Assembly: GCA_037447605.1 (NCBI GenBank)
Contig: CM074811.1
Location: 2,170,001-2,234,000 of the forward strand
Source: Zygnema circumcarinatum SAG 698-1b
Taxonomy: Eukaryota > Plantae > Zygnematophyceae
Reading direction: 5' to 3'
Length of the DNA stretch: 64,000 nucleotides
This document shows positions 38,801-51,973 of the stretch, in pieces; positions within the stretch are counted from its first letter, which is position 1; the number at the start of each line of letters is the position of its first letter. Made by a program: the position numbers and the translations under genes. The notes below the pieces were generated by a model, which was given only the letters and a program-made list of their open reading frames with translations, searched no databases and was not told the DNA's origin.

Positions 38801-41753
38801 AAGCGACTTATCCGGCAGGACTAGCATAGTCCTGCCGGATAAGTCGCAAAGTTGCAAAGTTTGCGTACTTGAACCTTACGTTTGTTTTCTAGCTCGTACA
38901 TGCTTCCGTTACTTGGTACCCACTACTTGTCTGAGGGGATAATTATGTAACTTATGTGAATGCTATTTCCTCAGCTTTTGAACTGTCCCTATATTCCTTC
39001 AACTTCGAGATGAGAACCCCGTTGTTTCTCACAGACATGAGACCCTTCTCGCATGACAAGGAAAGGGGTCGGTCAACAGAACTTGAAAATTGTGTACAGC
39101 TTGTTGCTTATAACATATGATCACCCTATTTTTGGAAGCCACAGTCAGCACATGCAATATAGAAAAACCAAACCACATCCGGTGATTAGAGCAGAGAGGA
39201 AAAGGGGCTTGCAGATGCCGATGTACGATTGGCCCGTCGCATTCGGAGAGACACATTGGAACGCGGGAGAGATGTGCAAGGTGTTATTGAGCAGGTCAGA
39301 ATACTACCCTTGTTCGAGCTTCTCGGAAGAGGCAGACTATGGAAGACTACTACTTATATAGGGGTTTGCAGAGTTACCCTTAAGAATCCAAGGCACAATA
39401 AGACATTGAGCTCGACGAACTCGGGATAGATGGTTGATTTTGAGTGGCTTAACATAGATACCGAGCTTGCAGTCTGATTTATGACTGGAAATCTTTACAA
39501 ATTGCTGCTGACTGGCCACAGGGGGGCTTCTTATGCAGTATGCTAAGTTTGTTAAGCCGGCCTTTGATGACTTCGTCCTCCCTACAAAGAAGTACGCGGA
39601 TATTATTATCCCTCGTGGAGGAGACAATCATGTTGCCGTTGATCTCATCGTTCAGCACATTCGTACTAAACTGGGTCAACATGACCTCCGCAAAATCTAT
39701 CGCAATGTTTACGTTATACAGTCTACGTTTCAGGTATTCTCTTGCACCCCCTTCTGCCTATGAATATCTCTTCTGTTTTTTGTTTCTTTTGACAGTGCAC
39801 GGATGGTTGGAGCTTGTGTGCTTGTGGAGAGATTTGGTCATATTTGACGAGTGGACATTTGCATCGATCAATTATAAGCATCTAGATTCGTCTGCTATTC
39901 TTATCTTTAACCTGCTCCTCTCTGAAAAACTTCATTCTTTGGCTGCAGATACGTGGTATGCACACACTTATTCGTGACCGTGAAGCTCAGAAACACGACT
40001 TTGTGTTCTATGCAGATCGACTGAACCGACTGGTAATTGTTCCATTCCACTGGCACTTCCCTCTCCCTCTCCCTCTCCCTCTCCCTCTCCATCTCCCTCT
40101 CCCTCTCCTTCCATCACTGTTGTTTCGGGGTTTGAAATAGTGGCCTGGTTTATGGCGATAGGGATATGGATATAGGAATGTAGAGACATATCCTTTACAG
40201 ACGCAGCCAAGATTGACAAATGTTAGGGGTGGGACATTTCATAAGCAACTGAATGTCTTATGGTAGGATGTCTTTGTCTATTTCTTTCGTAATCCCACCC
40301 GGAGGGCATGGCAGCATAGTAACGTGCATGTTTCTATGTTGTAACGTTGCAGGTGGTGGAACATGGGCTCGGTCATCTTCCGTTTGAAGAGAAGCAGGTC
40401 ACAACCCCAACTGGTGAGCAGCTATAAGGAGAGCAAAGGAAAACAACCACAGAAGGGAAGCCCTCGTAAGAAAATAGCTGACATCTGGGTTATCTTTTTT
40501 TGGTTGTTCTGAGATGTCAGGTGCCACATATGTTGGTGTTGACTTCTGCAAAAGAATCTGTGGCGTCTCCATCATTCGAAGGTCAAACTCATATCCAGCT
40601 TCTGCTGCGATTCGTTCTGTTGAAGGAGCGTGCAGGGTAGTGATCATTAGTGTAGTAGAACACCTCTTAATGTTGAAGGAAGGTTTCCATTGTCATGCTT
40701 GAAGGATGTCGTTTTCTAAGCAAAGGTTGAAATTCTGAAGGCCGGTCGAGTCTGGATAAATGCTGCAGTGGAGAAAGCATGGAAAACGCTCTGCGAGCTT
40801 GTTGCAAGGGCATTAAGATTGGCAAAATCCTCATTCATCGAGAAGGAGATTACGGGAAGCAGGTAGCAACACTGGAGCACATTCTTTCCCTTAAGCATAA
40901 CTGAAATCGTATGACCACCACTTCCTAGAGAGAGTTGTAGAGCTGTCCAGCAGACGCAATTCGTTTCCTTATCAGGTCGAACGTATGAAGATCAGATTCA
41001 CCTCCTCGTACATTGACTATGGGAGACTGAACAATGGCTATTGGCTGCAGTTGATATATGAGAAGCTGCCACATGATATAGCTCAGCGACACGTGCTGCT
41101 GCTGGACCCCATTTTAGCAACCGGTGCGTTTTTCTGCTTACAGTTGTTTACTTGCATCTTCGCTTTCTCTCTACAAAGGGTTATACTTCACTCCATGTTG
41201 CCTCTCAGCCTTTGCAAAGTCACTAGAGGTATCATGTTCCTTTGAAGTAGAATGGAGGTAACATGTGGCAGATAGCCGATGTGCCAAGCACAAGCTGACA
41301 CAAGGGACCAAGGAGTGCTTCTGCAGGCAATTCTGCAGTGAAGGCTATTGAACTGCTCTTAAGAAAGGGTGTGCCGGAGTCGAACATCATCTTCCTCAAC
41401 CTCATTTCGGTGCGATTTAATCCCTTTTCGTCGTTTTGATGACTTGCTTACAGTGCCTGCCTGCTTTGGAAGCTTAAAAATAGCCTTGTCTTACAGAGAA
41501 ATGTCCCTGTCTGCAGGCTCCCGAGGGCATCCACGTGGTTTGCAGAAAGTTTCCAAAACTTAAAGTTGTCACCTCAGAGATAGATGCCGGACTCAATGAG
41601 GATTTCCGAGTGGTTCCCGGTCTGGGCGAGTTTGGGGATCGCTACTTCGGAACTGATGAAGATTTGAATGAAGGCTCTTCCGGGTCCTCTTTGGGGAACC
41701 CACTTCAAGATGCTGCGAAAGACATTCCACGCACGACTAGCAGTGTGAGGTGA
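35807..41753 (+). CDS. UKL: Uridine kinase-like protein with a C-terminal uracil phosphoribosyltransferase domain (multi-exon; first exon inferred)
   Basis: [20 protein letters not shown] (P-loop), [115 protein letters not shown]. Confidence 0.95.
37704..37790. repeat. (CTCCT)n microsatellite in a UKL intron
   Basis: Tandem CTCCT/CTCT units seen directly. Confidence 0.9.
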
Positions 41754-42622
41754 TATCAAAGGGAAAGAAACCCTAATTTTTGCAGCCAATTTTTTTCCCC
41801 ACACATCGGTCTCCCACTGAAAGCCCCAGGTCACTTTGGGAGGAGGGGAAGCCCCACATCATCATCTCTTTGAAAGGGAGAGGCAAAGGCAAAGGCCACT
41901 GCATCGCTGTGGGAGGGAGGGAGGGAGGGAGGGAGGGAGGGCTGTTGGGTGGGCGGTGATGGGAGAACTCTCAAAGGCAATTCTGCGCTCGAAGAGGGTC
42001 GATGGATGGTTAGGCTAAGCAAGTAGTTGCAGAGTTCGGCAGTGCTTTCTTCCTGTTTATATGTGCATTATCTCAGGGATTAGGCTGTAGGTCGATTATC
42101 GGTGTGAGAAAAGTGCACAAAAAAAGGGATAAAAAAATTGTTTTCTGGGGTATTAGTCGACGTAAGCAAGGCGACGTTCCGTTCATTGTACTCTGAAAAA
42201 AAAAATATTTTCATTAGTTGATCATTAAAAATTTCTTCCTTTTGTGGTCGAAGAGGTCTACAGGAGTTGTGGTGATGCTTGTTGTGACGACTGCCATGGG
42301 GTCCCATGCTCTGCCCATGGAGGTGCCGATCTATGCTCAAAATTCACATGGCAATGCAAAGGAGCCATGGACATGTACATGGAACGTTGCTCTTAGAACC
42401 GTTCAAACATCCATACAACATGCTGAGCATCCATGCATATGTACAGTTCCAGTCATAGATCCAGTTTGTTCCGTCACTGTATGGCTCAACAGCCAACTGT
42501 CAGTTTAACGATATGTGCAACTGGGGGACATAGAATCCCAGTAGAACCCCTTTCGTTGGGCGCAGCGCAAGGCGGCCTCCTTCCCCTTCTCGGCTCGTCG
42601 CGGCGCTAATGCAGCGGAAGCC

Positions 42623-45600
42623 ATGGCTCTCGACACTCTCAATCTCCGCCTCAATCTCTCTCTTGCCTCCAACATTAGCAGCGGCAAGGAAGCGCGACAG
42701 CCGTGCTGCTCTTCCGCAGCTGCTCGGAATGACTCACACAGCTGCCGGCATGGCTCCTCGCTGTCCTCTCGTGCTGCACTTTCCTGCAGAGCTGCTCGGG
42801 AGCTTCTGAAAGGGGAAGCCAAAAAGGGCTTGCAAGGAAGGGCAAGGCCGCAAAGGCAGGTGGTTGCGGCTGCCGCGGAGGTTACATACAGCAGCGTGTC
42901 TGTGTCAGGCCGGTTTGAAGAGCTCAAAGCTAAGGGTGAGGTGAGTTTTTGAAGAATGTGGCTTTTCTGGCCTGCTGTTCGGGGATTAAAGAGAAATTTC
43001 GAGTCGTCAAGTCAAGTTGTTATCACTTTGGTTTCGTGACTGTAAGAAGCCAGTTGTCGGTGCCGTTGGTTTAGTCAAGGTAGAAGACAGAAGGCGGGCT
43101 TAGTTTTTTGAAGAATAAGTTCCTTGTGAAATGCATAGTTTTGGGAAGCAGGGACTAGGCAAACGTTGATGTCATCAATATGTATGATGCTCCTCCGAAC
43201 AAGTGGAAGATCAAGGTCACCGCAGAGTATCAATGTGGCCCCTTTTCTGGGAGCAAACACAGCCCGTCTAGCATTCATAAACAATTCGTGTAATGTTGTT
43301 TCAGTATAAAGTGAAGGATAAGGTCGTTCCAATACAGTCAAAATTAATGGTTCATTAGTTCGGATCGAAAATCCGTTCCTCTAAGAGCTTAAATGCAAGT
43401 TTCCTTAAGCCCTTAAAGGAAGATAAAGTATTTAAAACTTAAAAGTGACTTTTCGATTTTGTCTCAGCTTCAGGCTTGCAGACATGGCTACTCACCTTCT
43501 GCTACCTTCGCTATGTGGTTTTGGGGTTTGGCAGGTGGCTTTGATACCCTTCATTGTGGCAGGTGATCCAGACTTGGCGACAACTGAGAAGCTCCTGTTG
43601 ACTTTGGATGCAAATGGCGCCGACATCATTGAGCTCGGAGTGCCCTATTCAGATCCCCTCGCGGACGGCCCTGTCATTCAGGTGAAGCGAATCAAGACTT
43701 ATGTATGAGTTAATGGAGGGTTATACCAATTCATGGCACTAAGACGGATGGATGGTGGGTTGAATATGGTTGCTACGCTTGAAAAAGGAGATGTTCCCTT
43801 CTACTTCTCATAGTTAGTTGCTTCAAACCACAAAAGAACCACCACTAGAGAAACTCGTGCAGATTATGAATTCCCACACAGCTGAAGCTAATCTAGAGTG
43901 TGTTACAAAAGTGACTATTTCTTAGCGTCTTGCTTCATGGTTCTCTTAGGATCCAAGGCTCTATTAATTGACATTGCCTCTGTTTTCCTAGAAGATCTCT
44001 ATTTAGGTTGTTCTGGGATATCATGGGAGACGCAACAATTTTTTTCCTACCCTAACCTGCATGGTTAACTTGATGCTGGGATAAGTTTGTCGGATCTGCC
44101 TATTACTATGGTCGCTCTTTAGAACGCTTTCTTAAAACTTCTACTTGCCCGGACATCAATTTTAAGCTTGCTGCTAAACACTCCGCTAGTTTAAGTGGTC
44201 AATTCTCACTTAAAAGGTTTTGATTACTGCGGTTTACCCTCTGTCTTTGAGCGTATATTCTCTCCGCCTTCCACTCTGAACTCTGCTTACATCAGCCGGA
44301 GTTTGCCTTGACTTGGCTTGGCTTGGCAGGCTGCAGCGACAAGGGCTTTGAGTGGTGGAACTGACCTTGCCTCAGTGCTTGCGCTTCTAACCAAGGTATT
44401 TTTTGCGATCTATTAGAAACTGGGTTTTTGGAGATAGATTGTAAACCTTCAAGTGGAGAACGACCTTGAGAATTGGAATGGCCCTCTGACATGTTCAGAA
44501 AAGTCAAGAGATGATCTTGGGATGGAGGAGCAAGGCAGTGAAGGAGGATGAAGAATGCTGGATGTTTCCTCGAAGAGGTGTCTTAGAAAGGGAACTACAC
44601 AACCGAATTCTTTTACATTTCAGATGGAACTTTGTGGTTTTTTACTTAGTTTTGCTCTCGTTTGGAACTTAGCACATGCGGTGCTTCATGGCAGGTAGCC
44701 CCCCGCTTGTCAGCGCCGATTGTCCTGTTCACATATTACAACCCCATCATGAAAAAGGGTCTAGAAGAGTTTTTCAAGATTACAAAGGAAGCTGGTGCAG
44801 CCGGTGAGTTTTTCGTTTTCCTTCAAAAAAAGCAGAACGGGTAATAAGCTCAATATTCCGCTGTATTCATCCTTTCATCCTTCCTACTCTCATTGGCTAA
44901 GCTTGCTTTCGCGTCAAGCAAGCCCTTTCTTTGTCTCATCTCTCCCACAGATTCACTATGGAACTTTGTTCGATCCAACATGCAGGACTCGTGGTTCCCG
45001 ATGTCCCTCTAGAAGAAACTGGCCCTCTCCGAAATCTGGCCTCAATCTATGGCCTTGAACTCGTAGGTTTCGTCACCCCGATTCCCTCTCCCTTCTCAAG
45101 CCTTCTTCTCCAAGAGAGTCTTTGAATTTATATGGAATCCACTTCACGTCTAACAGATTGAACTGAGGCAGTCTCCCCTTTTCAAGTGAAATAATCATAA
45201 TAATCATCACTTCTGCTTTCTGGGGTCCTTTTTTTGGCCATGGAGAATAGGTGCTATTGACGACTCCCACTACGCCTGCAGAAAGAATGGCAGCTATTGC
45301 TGAGGCATCGCAAGGATTTGTCTATCTGGTGAACTCATTTGAACCCCTCCTTCTTTCTTGGCATTGAGTGAGATGACTGAACGAGCTCTTGTTCGCCGTC
45401 TCTGAAGGCCCAAAAGACTTCGTTGGTGAAATCTTAGAATGAGATGAAGTTTTTACAATAGTGTATATTGTCTCTCTTGGCTGGAGAATGGGCTGCAGGT
45501 GAGTCTGACAGGTGTCACCGGAGCCCGCGCAGCGGTGGAGGGGAGGGTTCAGGAGCTTTTGAAAACTCTCAAAGAGGTACAATTTGGCTGCCTGCAATCT

Positions 45601-46370
45601 CTGCTGAGATGACTGCTGCAATTTTTTTCTTCCGTTTCATGAAATGGCCGGGCATTCGTCAGTGTCTCTGTACCTGCTAGCTATGGTCCTGCGTTAGTAA
45701 GGGAAGAGATTGCGCAGGGGAGCGGAAGTTATGAGTGATGTTGGAGTTGGTTTGTCGTCTCCCTTTCCCCATCTTTCCGTTTCCCCCTCTCCCTTCCACT
45801 CTCTCTCTCTCCCCCGCCCTCTCTCTCGTGTTATGCTTCAGAAACAAATGCTTCGGAAACAAATGCTTCGTCTTAAGGGCTGTGAAGTGTGGCGGTGAAA
45901 AACTTGCTCTTTTGCACCAAATCTGAAGGGGATAAGGATGTGGGTCTCTGCTGTAACCTGTGCAGAATACCACTAAACCGATTGCAGTCGGGTTCGGAAT
46001 CTCAAGTCCAGAACACGCAGTGCAGGTGAGCCCTAGAGTCCGGCTCAAAGCAATGCAGAGAAAATAAGAACGAAGAAAAAAAGAGTGAACTCTTCTGTCT
46101 GTCCTGCGGGGGAGAGAAAAAAATTGTGCTGTAATAGCTTTGTCTCACTACCAGAGCTCTGAACCCTGGTGTCTCTGAGATTCTTAAAAAACCCCTGCGG
46201 GAGGGGCTTAAGGACAGGTGGCGGAGTGGGGGGCGGACGGAGTCATCATTGGCAGCAAGATCGTGGGACTCGTCAGCGGCGCGGAGAGCCCCGAGAAGGG
46301 TCTGGAAGCGGTCGCCGCCTTGATGCAAAGCGTTAAGGGGGCGCTTCAAAAGAGGGCGCAGCCGGCATGA
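42623..46370 (+). CDS. TSA1: Tryptophan synthase alpha chain, plastid-targeted (9 exons)
   Basis: Ser/Ala/Arg-rich transit peptide, then [106 protein letters not shown] at 46368-46370. Confidence 0.95.
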
Positions 46371-49015
46371 GAGAGAGAGAGAGAGAGAGAGAGGGGTGGT
46401 AGGAGGAAGGGAGCGGGCGGGGACGAGAGAGTGGGGGTGGGGGGGTGGAGGGGTGGGAAGGAAGAGGCAGAGGAACGTCAAGGCCTTTGAGCCAAATGGC
46501 ACTAAAATGTGTGCTCCTTTTGCTTATGCTCCTCGTCATTTATAAGCCATGATCTTATGCTTCCAGGAATGGTCCAGGTGGTTTGGACTGAGTTTGGGCT
46601 TTTCATGGAAGACGAGGGCCAGGCTCCAGCCTCGTAATGGATGCATGTCTGGAGGAGGGATGTGTTAGCATGGTGGGGGGTGTACATATCATGGCGCGTC
46701 TCGTCTTTGTACTGCGTCCAATAGGGGGTATCAAACTTAACAAAAGTTGACGAATTGAGTGCGATCAGTATTGCGAAAAGAAACCTTACCGATGACTGAT
46801 AGTGCTTGCTTTGTCGAACCTGTGCCGAACCTCTTACCAGCCAACCGTGCGGAAAGCGCAAGTCAATTTTACGGACTCTGCGCCCCCAAACATACGGACC
46901 GTACAGATCGTCCGTATGAATTCGTCCGCAGCCAAAACAGGGGCCGAACGGCCTGTGTGGACGGAACAGGCGTCATCGTGACGTCACGGCGGTCCTGGCG
47001 GCCCACCCTGGCGTCCCCCTCCATCATTACATGACAGCAGGCTGTGATGGGCAACCGAAGTGGAAAGTATGGGTCACGATCCTCGGAAACTTTTGATGTG
47101 AATATCTTTTAATTAAAGAGTTTTAGACTATCGACAGCATGTGGTCTGGAGTTGGTCCTTTTGCCAACAGTTGATGGCTGATGACAAGGCTTGAGATTTC
47201 GTAGCCTATGTGATGTAGAGGATGCTGTATGTGACATTGAGCATGGAATACGGCATATGGGGTGCAAAAGATTCATAAATGTGTTGTTGAAAGCTTTTCA
47301 TTATCGTCGCCTTTACAAATTGTCCTTCATGGTACGACAAAAGGAAAAAGGAAGGAAATTTCTTGTGCTATGCACAAAAAGTACGAAAGGAAATTTTGAG
47401 AAAGGGCGGTTGTACAGAGTTAGGCTCGAAGTTTCAAATGAGTGGCTTGTCAAAGTGAGAGGAAAAAAATCACTAGAGACTTCACAAAGCAGTCATGTTC
47501 GCATGGTCACCTTATGCTCAACAGCATGATGATGAGTATAAGGCTATATGCCTTTTGTATGTGTGTGGGTTTTGGTTTTTGAGATCTGTTTCATATGGAA
47601 ATTGATTGATGCCCATGTTTTTAAAACAGGGAGCATTTTGTTGTGCCTTGTCGTATCATGTTCACGGCTACTACTCATGTTGTTCAAACATTCACAACTT
47701 CTAGCATGAGTACCGAGGACCGAGCGTGAAAATTCTCGCATTTCTTCCAACACCAAGTGTTGTAGTTGAACGCATGGTTATATTCTGTCGCTCAGCTATC
47801 AACCATAATATGTCTTCACAACCCAAGTAACCAACCCCTGCTCGCAACTTTGCCATTGGGGAAAAATCTCCAAGAAACGACAATACTGCTTTTATCTGCG
47901 GAAATACCGTAGACCTTTCTCGTTCGAATCCTTACCTGGATCTGAATGTCAACACTCTCTCCATGAACTTGCGAGGCAAGGTCTCTTACCAGCAAAGACA
48001 AGGAAAGGAACACGAGGTTGATTGCCACAGTTCAATCCTTCACAGAAGATAAAAACATTAGATTAAGGTAAGGAGAAAGCACATAAAACGAGGGAGGGGG
48101 GGGGGGAGGGGGAGGGGGAGGCTTTAGGTTTGCAATTCAAAACTTGTAGCGTCTAACAGGTTTCTAGGAAGGGTCTCCATTGTTATTTGTAATCTAGAAA
48201 CAACCCAATGGCTGCCAGCCACGTATTCACTTTCGACCTGTTTTTCCAACGTGGCGATTTGTCATTGGCAAATGTTGCAAGCAAAGTATAACCGCACCAC
48301 GAATGGCGGCCGGCCCCTTTCAAGTTCGAGTTGGCGAACCCATGACGTGACGCGCCGTCGGGCCGTTTTTTGGATGTCGGAGGGCCCCCGCACGCGGGCG
48401 GATGCGGTCACGTCGCATCACGATCATGGCGGCGTAGCTGAGTCAGTGGTACAGCACTGACGGCGTACGTACGGCTCGCATCTTTTCGAGTCAATGTCCG
48501 CGAGGACCTGGCGGACGGACGCGCACGTCCGTACGCGGACATCGGTTAGCACATGAAAACTGCAGTACAAGGCTGTACCGATCAATCATAGAACGCGAAG
48601 CCGCCAGTTATACAGGAGTTTCAGCTTGCACCGACAGCTCGTCTCGGCTAAAACGACAAATCTCCAGATTCTACAATCTCTCGATTTTGTTCTTTTCACT
48701 TGTGTTCGTACGATAAGCCCTCCGACCGCTTCCTCTCAGATCCCGTTCGTACATCCTGTCAGCCCCCGCCAGCTGTTCCTTGGCGCTTTAGCCTGAAGTC
48801 AGCGCGCTGACCGCATCCCGCCAGGTGCCACCTGGTGCCGCCACGCTGAGCTGGACAGTACGGACCGGCGGTGCCGACATCCACACCCCCAGCTCCCCCA
48901 CCCATGGCCTCCCTCCCTCCCTCCCTCCCTCCCTCCCTCTCCCCTTCCCCTCTCCCTCTCCCTCTCCCTCTCCCCATATCGCTGTCGTCTCCCACACTTG
49001 TATTTCTCTCCCGCC

Positions 49016-49887
49016 ATGGCTCCCCCCCCGCCCTTCGCGGTGCTGCTGGTCGCAGTCCTCGCCGCCTTCTCGAACCGCGCCCTCGCGCGCACCACTCCCT
49101 TCGGAAGCAACGCAGTTGGCGGAACAATTTTTGAGCGGTTCGTGATGCGACGTGACGATATCGCTCCAAAAGCAGAGCAAGCGATGCAGACCGATGTTGA
49201 ATGGCCTCCTCCAGGTATCCTTCTCGCCTTCTCGCAAAACTATATCCCAACAGGAGTCACATTTTTGTCAGTTTACGCATTTTCTCTGTAAATTTACTCA
49301 GTTTCATAAGATTTTTTATGACGATGACAGAAACTTCGCAACGCCGGATCCTCCGAGAGGGTCGATACTGGTGGCATGATCGGCAAGAAGTTGGTCTTCC
49401 CCCTATTACGAACCACCTCCAGCAGACGCTCAAGTCTTTTGGATTCCTCCCCTCCGGGCGCGCATACCACACCTTCGTGCGCTTCAGGTGGGCTGCCTGC
49501 CAGGCATGCATGCGCGCCCGCCTGCATCGTGGAGGATGAGGGAAGGAGAAAGAGACGGAGAGAAAGGGGGTGGGGGGAGGCATGGGGGGAAGGGAAGGTG
49601 GGGAGGAAGTGGAAGAGCGAGGGAGATAATAGGAGGGAGGTGGGAGCGGGAGGGGGGGAGGGAGTGTGGGTGGGGGGGGGGAGGGGGGGGGGAGGCGTTA
49701 GATGGTAGGAGCAGATTAAAATAAAAAGGAGAGGGTTGGGGAAGGGAGTTATGAGAGGTACGATCTTAAAGGGATTGAATGGAAGTTGGAGGTTTGGAGA
49801 GGAAGAAGAGCGCAAAGTGCAATGGTAAAAGGTAAAAGAACTCGGAAGCGGAGAGAGGCATGAGGAAATTAAAAAGAGTTTAGAGAG

Positions 49888-49960
<73 letters not shown>

Positions 49961-51973
49961 GTGACGTGACGTGACGTGACGTGATCTAATCGTCATTCGA
50001 GTGCCATGGTTGCAGCGCATACCGCGACAACATGAAGGACTTCTTTGTGGTCGGTTTGACGTCCAGTCACCTCCGCAGCGAGTGGGGGACCCCAGTGCTT
50101 GGCTGCAGCTGGCTGCCGGGCCGCCTGGGGGACCACATCACTCTCAGGTGGGCAATACCCCCCAATGGAAAATAGTTTGGCGTTTATGATTGCGGGTTGT
50201 CTTATTGAACACGACATCAAGATTTCTCAAAAACACGCTTGGATTCGTGATTTCTTGTAGATGTTGCGCTTCGTTACACGCTTGAAGTTGCGCACATCTT
50301 CTTTTTCTTTTAAAGAATTGATGGAGGATATTGTTTCAAACTCTTTCTTGCAGCAAGATTGAAGCGGTGAATGCGTCGTCTACAGAAGTGATGATGTCCA
50401 GCGACAACGACAGTCATGGGAAAGAGTATTCAGCGGTGATTGTGAAGTGCTCTTTCTCCGAAGAAGTTGGCGGAGCAAATGGCGGCACATTGCTCCTACG
50501 TGTACCCCGCCACAATGGTTAGTTTTATAAGTCGTAATCCCACTTAAGCCCCTTCAGCTCACGTCTTTACAGCGAAACAAAGCATAAAGCGATAATTAAA
50601 ACGGTCGACCATTTTCTTAACTAATTCGTCAGACTCTCATGTTTACTGAGTGGAATTGCAGAGGACAAGCAGGCAGGGATAAAGGATGAAGACGATATAT
50701 CGCCTGTGCTCCATGAGACCTCCATTGATCCGAATCTTTATCGACCAGTTGAACAAGGCGATGATCCACGGCTTGAACACAAGTTTTCGGTTTGTGGAGC
50801 TCCCATGCGGGCGAATGTGGATCCACTCATGATCCGCGAGTGGATCCTGTGGCACGCGGGAGTGCTCGAAGACGCGCACTTCATCCTTTACATTGTGGAC
50901 GAGATACCGCCGGACCTCATGGCTGTGCTGAAGCCGCTGGTGGACTCGGGCATGGCGACCATCGTGCACAGTCAAAGTCAGTCGTCGTACGAGTCGTGGT
51001 ATTACAATCAAGTGCTCTTCATCAACGACTGCATACATAGATCGCGGCATGTGGCCAAGTAAGAGGGGAAAAGCAAAAGGGCGAGAGGGAGGGGGGGGAA
51101 GTGGGAGGCATGAAGGGAGAGGAGGACTGGGAGGGGAGGAGGAGAGGAAGAGGGAGGAGGAGAGGGAGAGGGAGAGGGAGAGGGAGGAGGAGAGGAAATG
51201 GGAGAGGGAGAGGGAGGAGGAGAGGAAATGGGAGAGGTAGAGGGAGGGGGGGAGGGAGGGGGAGAGGGAGGAAGAGAAGGAGAGGAAGGAGGAGGGGGTA
51301 GGAGCGAGAGTTAGAGAGAGAGAGAGAGAGAAAGAGAGAGGGAAAGAGGGAGAGAAAAAGAGAGAGAGAGGAAGGAGGGAAAGATGGAGATCTTTATCTG
51401 CAAATACTTCACAACAAATTTCTGAGTTCACCCCTTTGCTTTCTGTATTCCAGATGGGTGCTGAACATCGACTACGACGAGTTCCTGTTCGCGCAGGAGG
51501 CGGGCCTCACCCTCCCCCTCCTCTTCGCGCGGCACGAGGGCTCCGCCGCGCTCACCTTCAACCGCATCAAGTACGACCCGGCGCTCTGCCGCCCCGCCGG
51601 CGCGCCCAGCGATTGGGGCATCCAACGGCGCGCCTTCCGTCTCGTGGGCTCCGACCACTGCGCGCCGTCCGATCTGCATTGCCAGAACGACGGCCGCTCC
51701 AAGTGGGCTGCCAATGCGAGCACAGCGCTCGTGGGTGGAGTGCACACCATGACGCGGTCCGAGCACAACGCAAAGGCCGAGTTTGTGCCCGAAGCGGTCG
51801 CCTTCATCGTGCATCTCCGCAGGATCGCGGTGAAGGGCAGCAGCAAGTGCGGCAGGGTGGTGGCGGTAAGCGACTTGACTGACTACGAGGACGCTTTTGT
51901 TAGTCGGTTCGCTGACCAAGCGGCGGAAATCTCGAAGCTGCATCATTGGGAGCATAGGGTGGAGGCTCCCTAG
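49016..51973 (+). CDS. GALS: Glycosyltransferase family 92 (DUF23), GALS-like beta-1,4-galactan synthase homolog
   Basis: Hydrophobic N-terminus, then AYRDNMKDFFVVGLTS, YSAVIVKCSF..GGTLLL, SVCGAPM..IREWILWH, YYNQVLFINDCIHRSRHVAK-WVLNIDYDEFLF (DxD-type), colinear with plant GALS motifs. Stop at 51971-51973. Confidence 0.85.
49885..49984. repeat. Compound (GA)n + (GACGT)n microsatellite in a GT92 intron
   Basis: About 70 bp of GA repeats directly followed by five GACGT units. Confidence 0.9.

Noticed and set aside
46502-46861. 119-aa minus-strand ORF convergent with TSA, and other exon-like pieces at 47700-48050
   Set aside because: I recognised no motif and could not build a consistent spliced model. 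It needs RNA-seq or BLAST.
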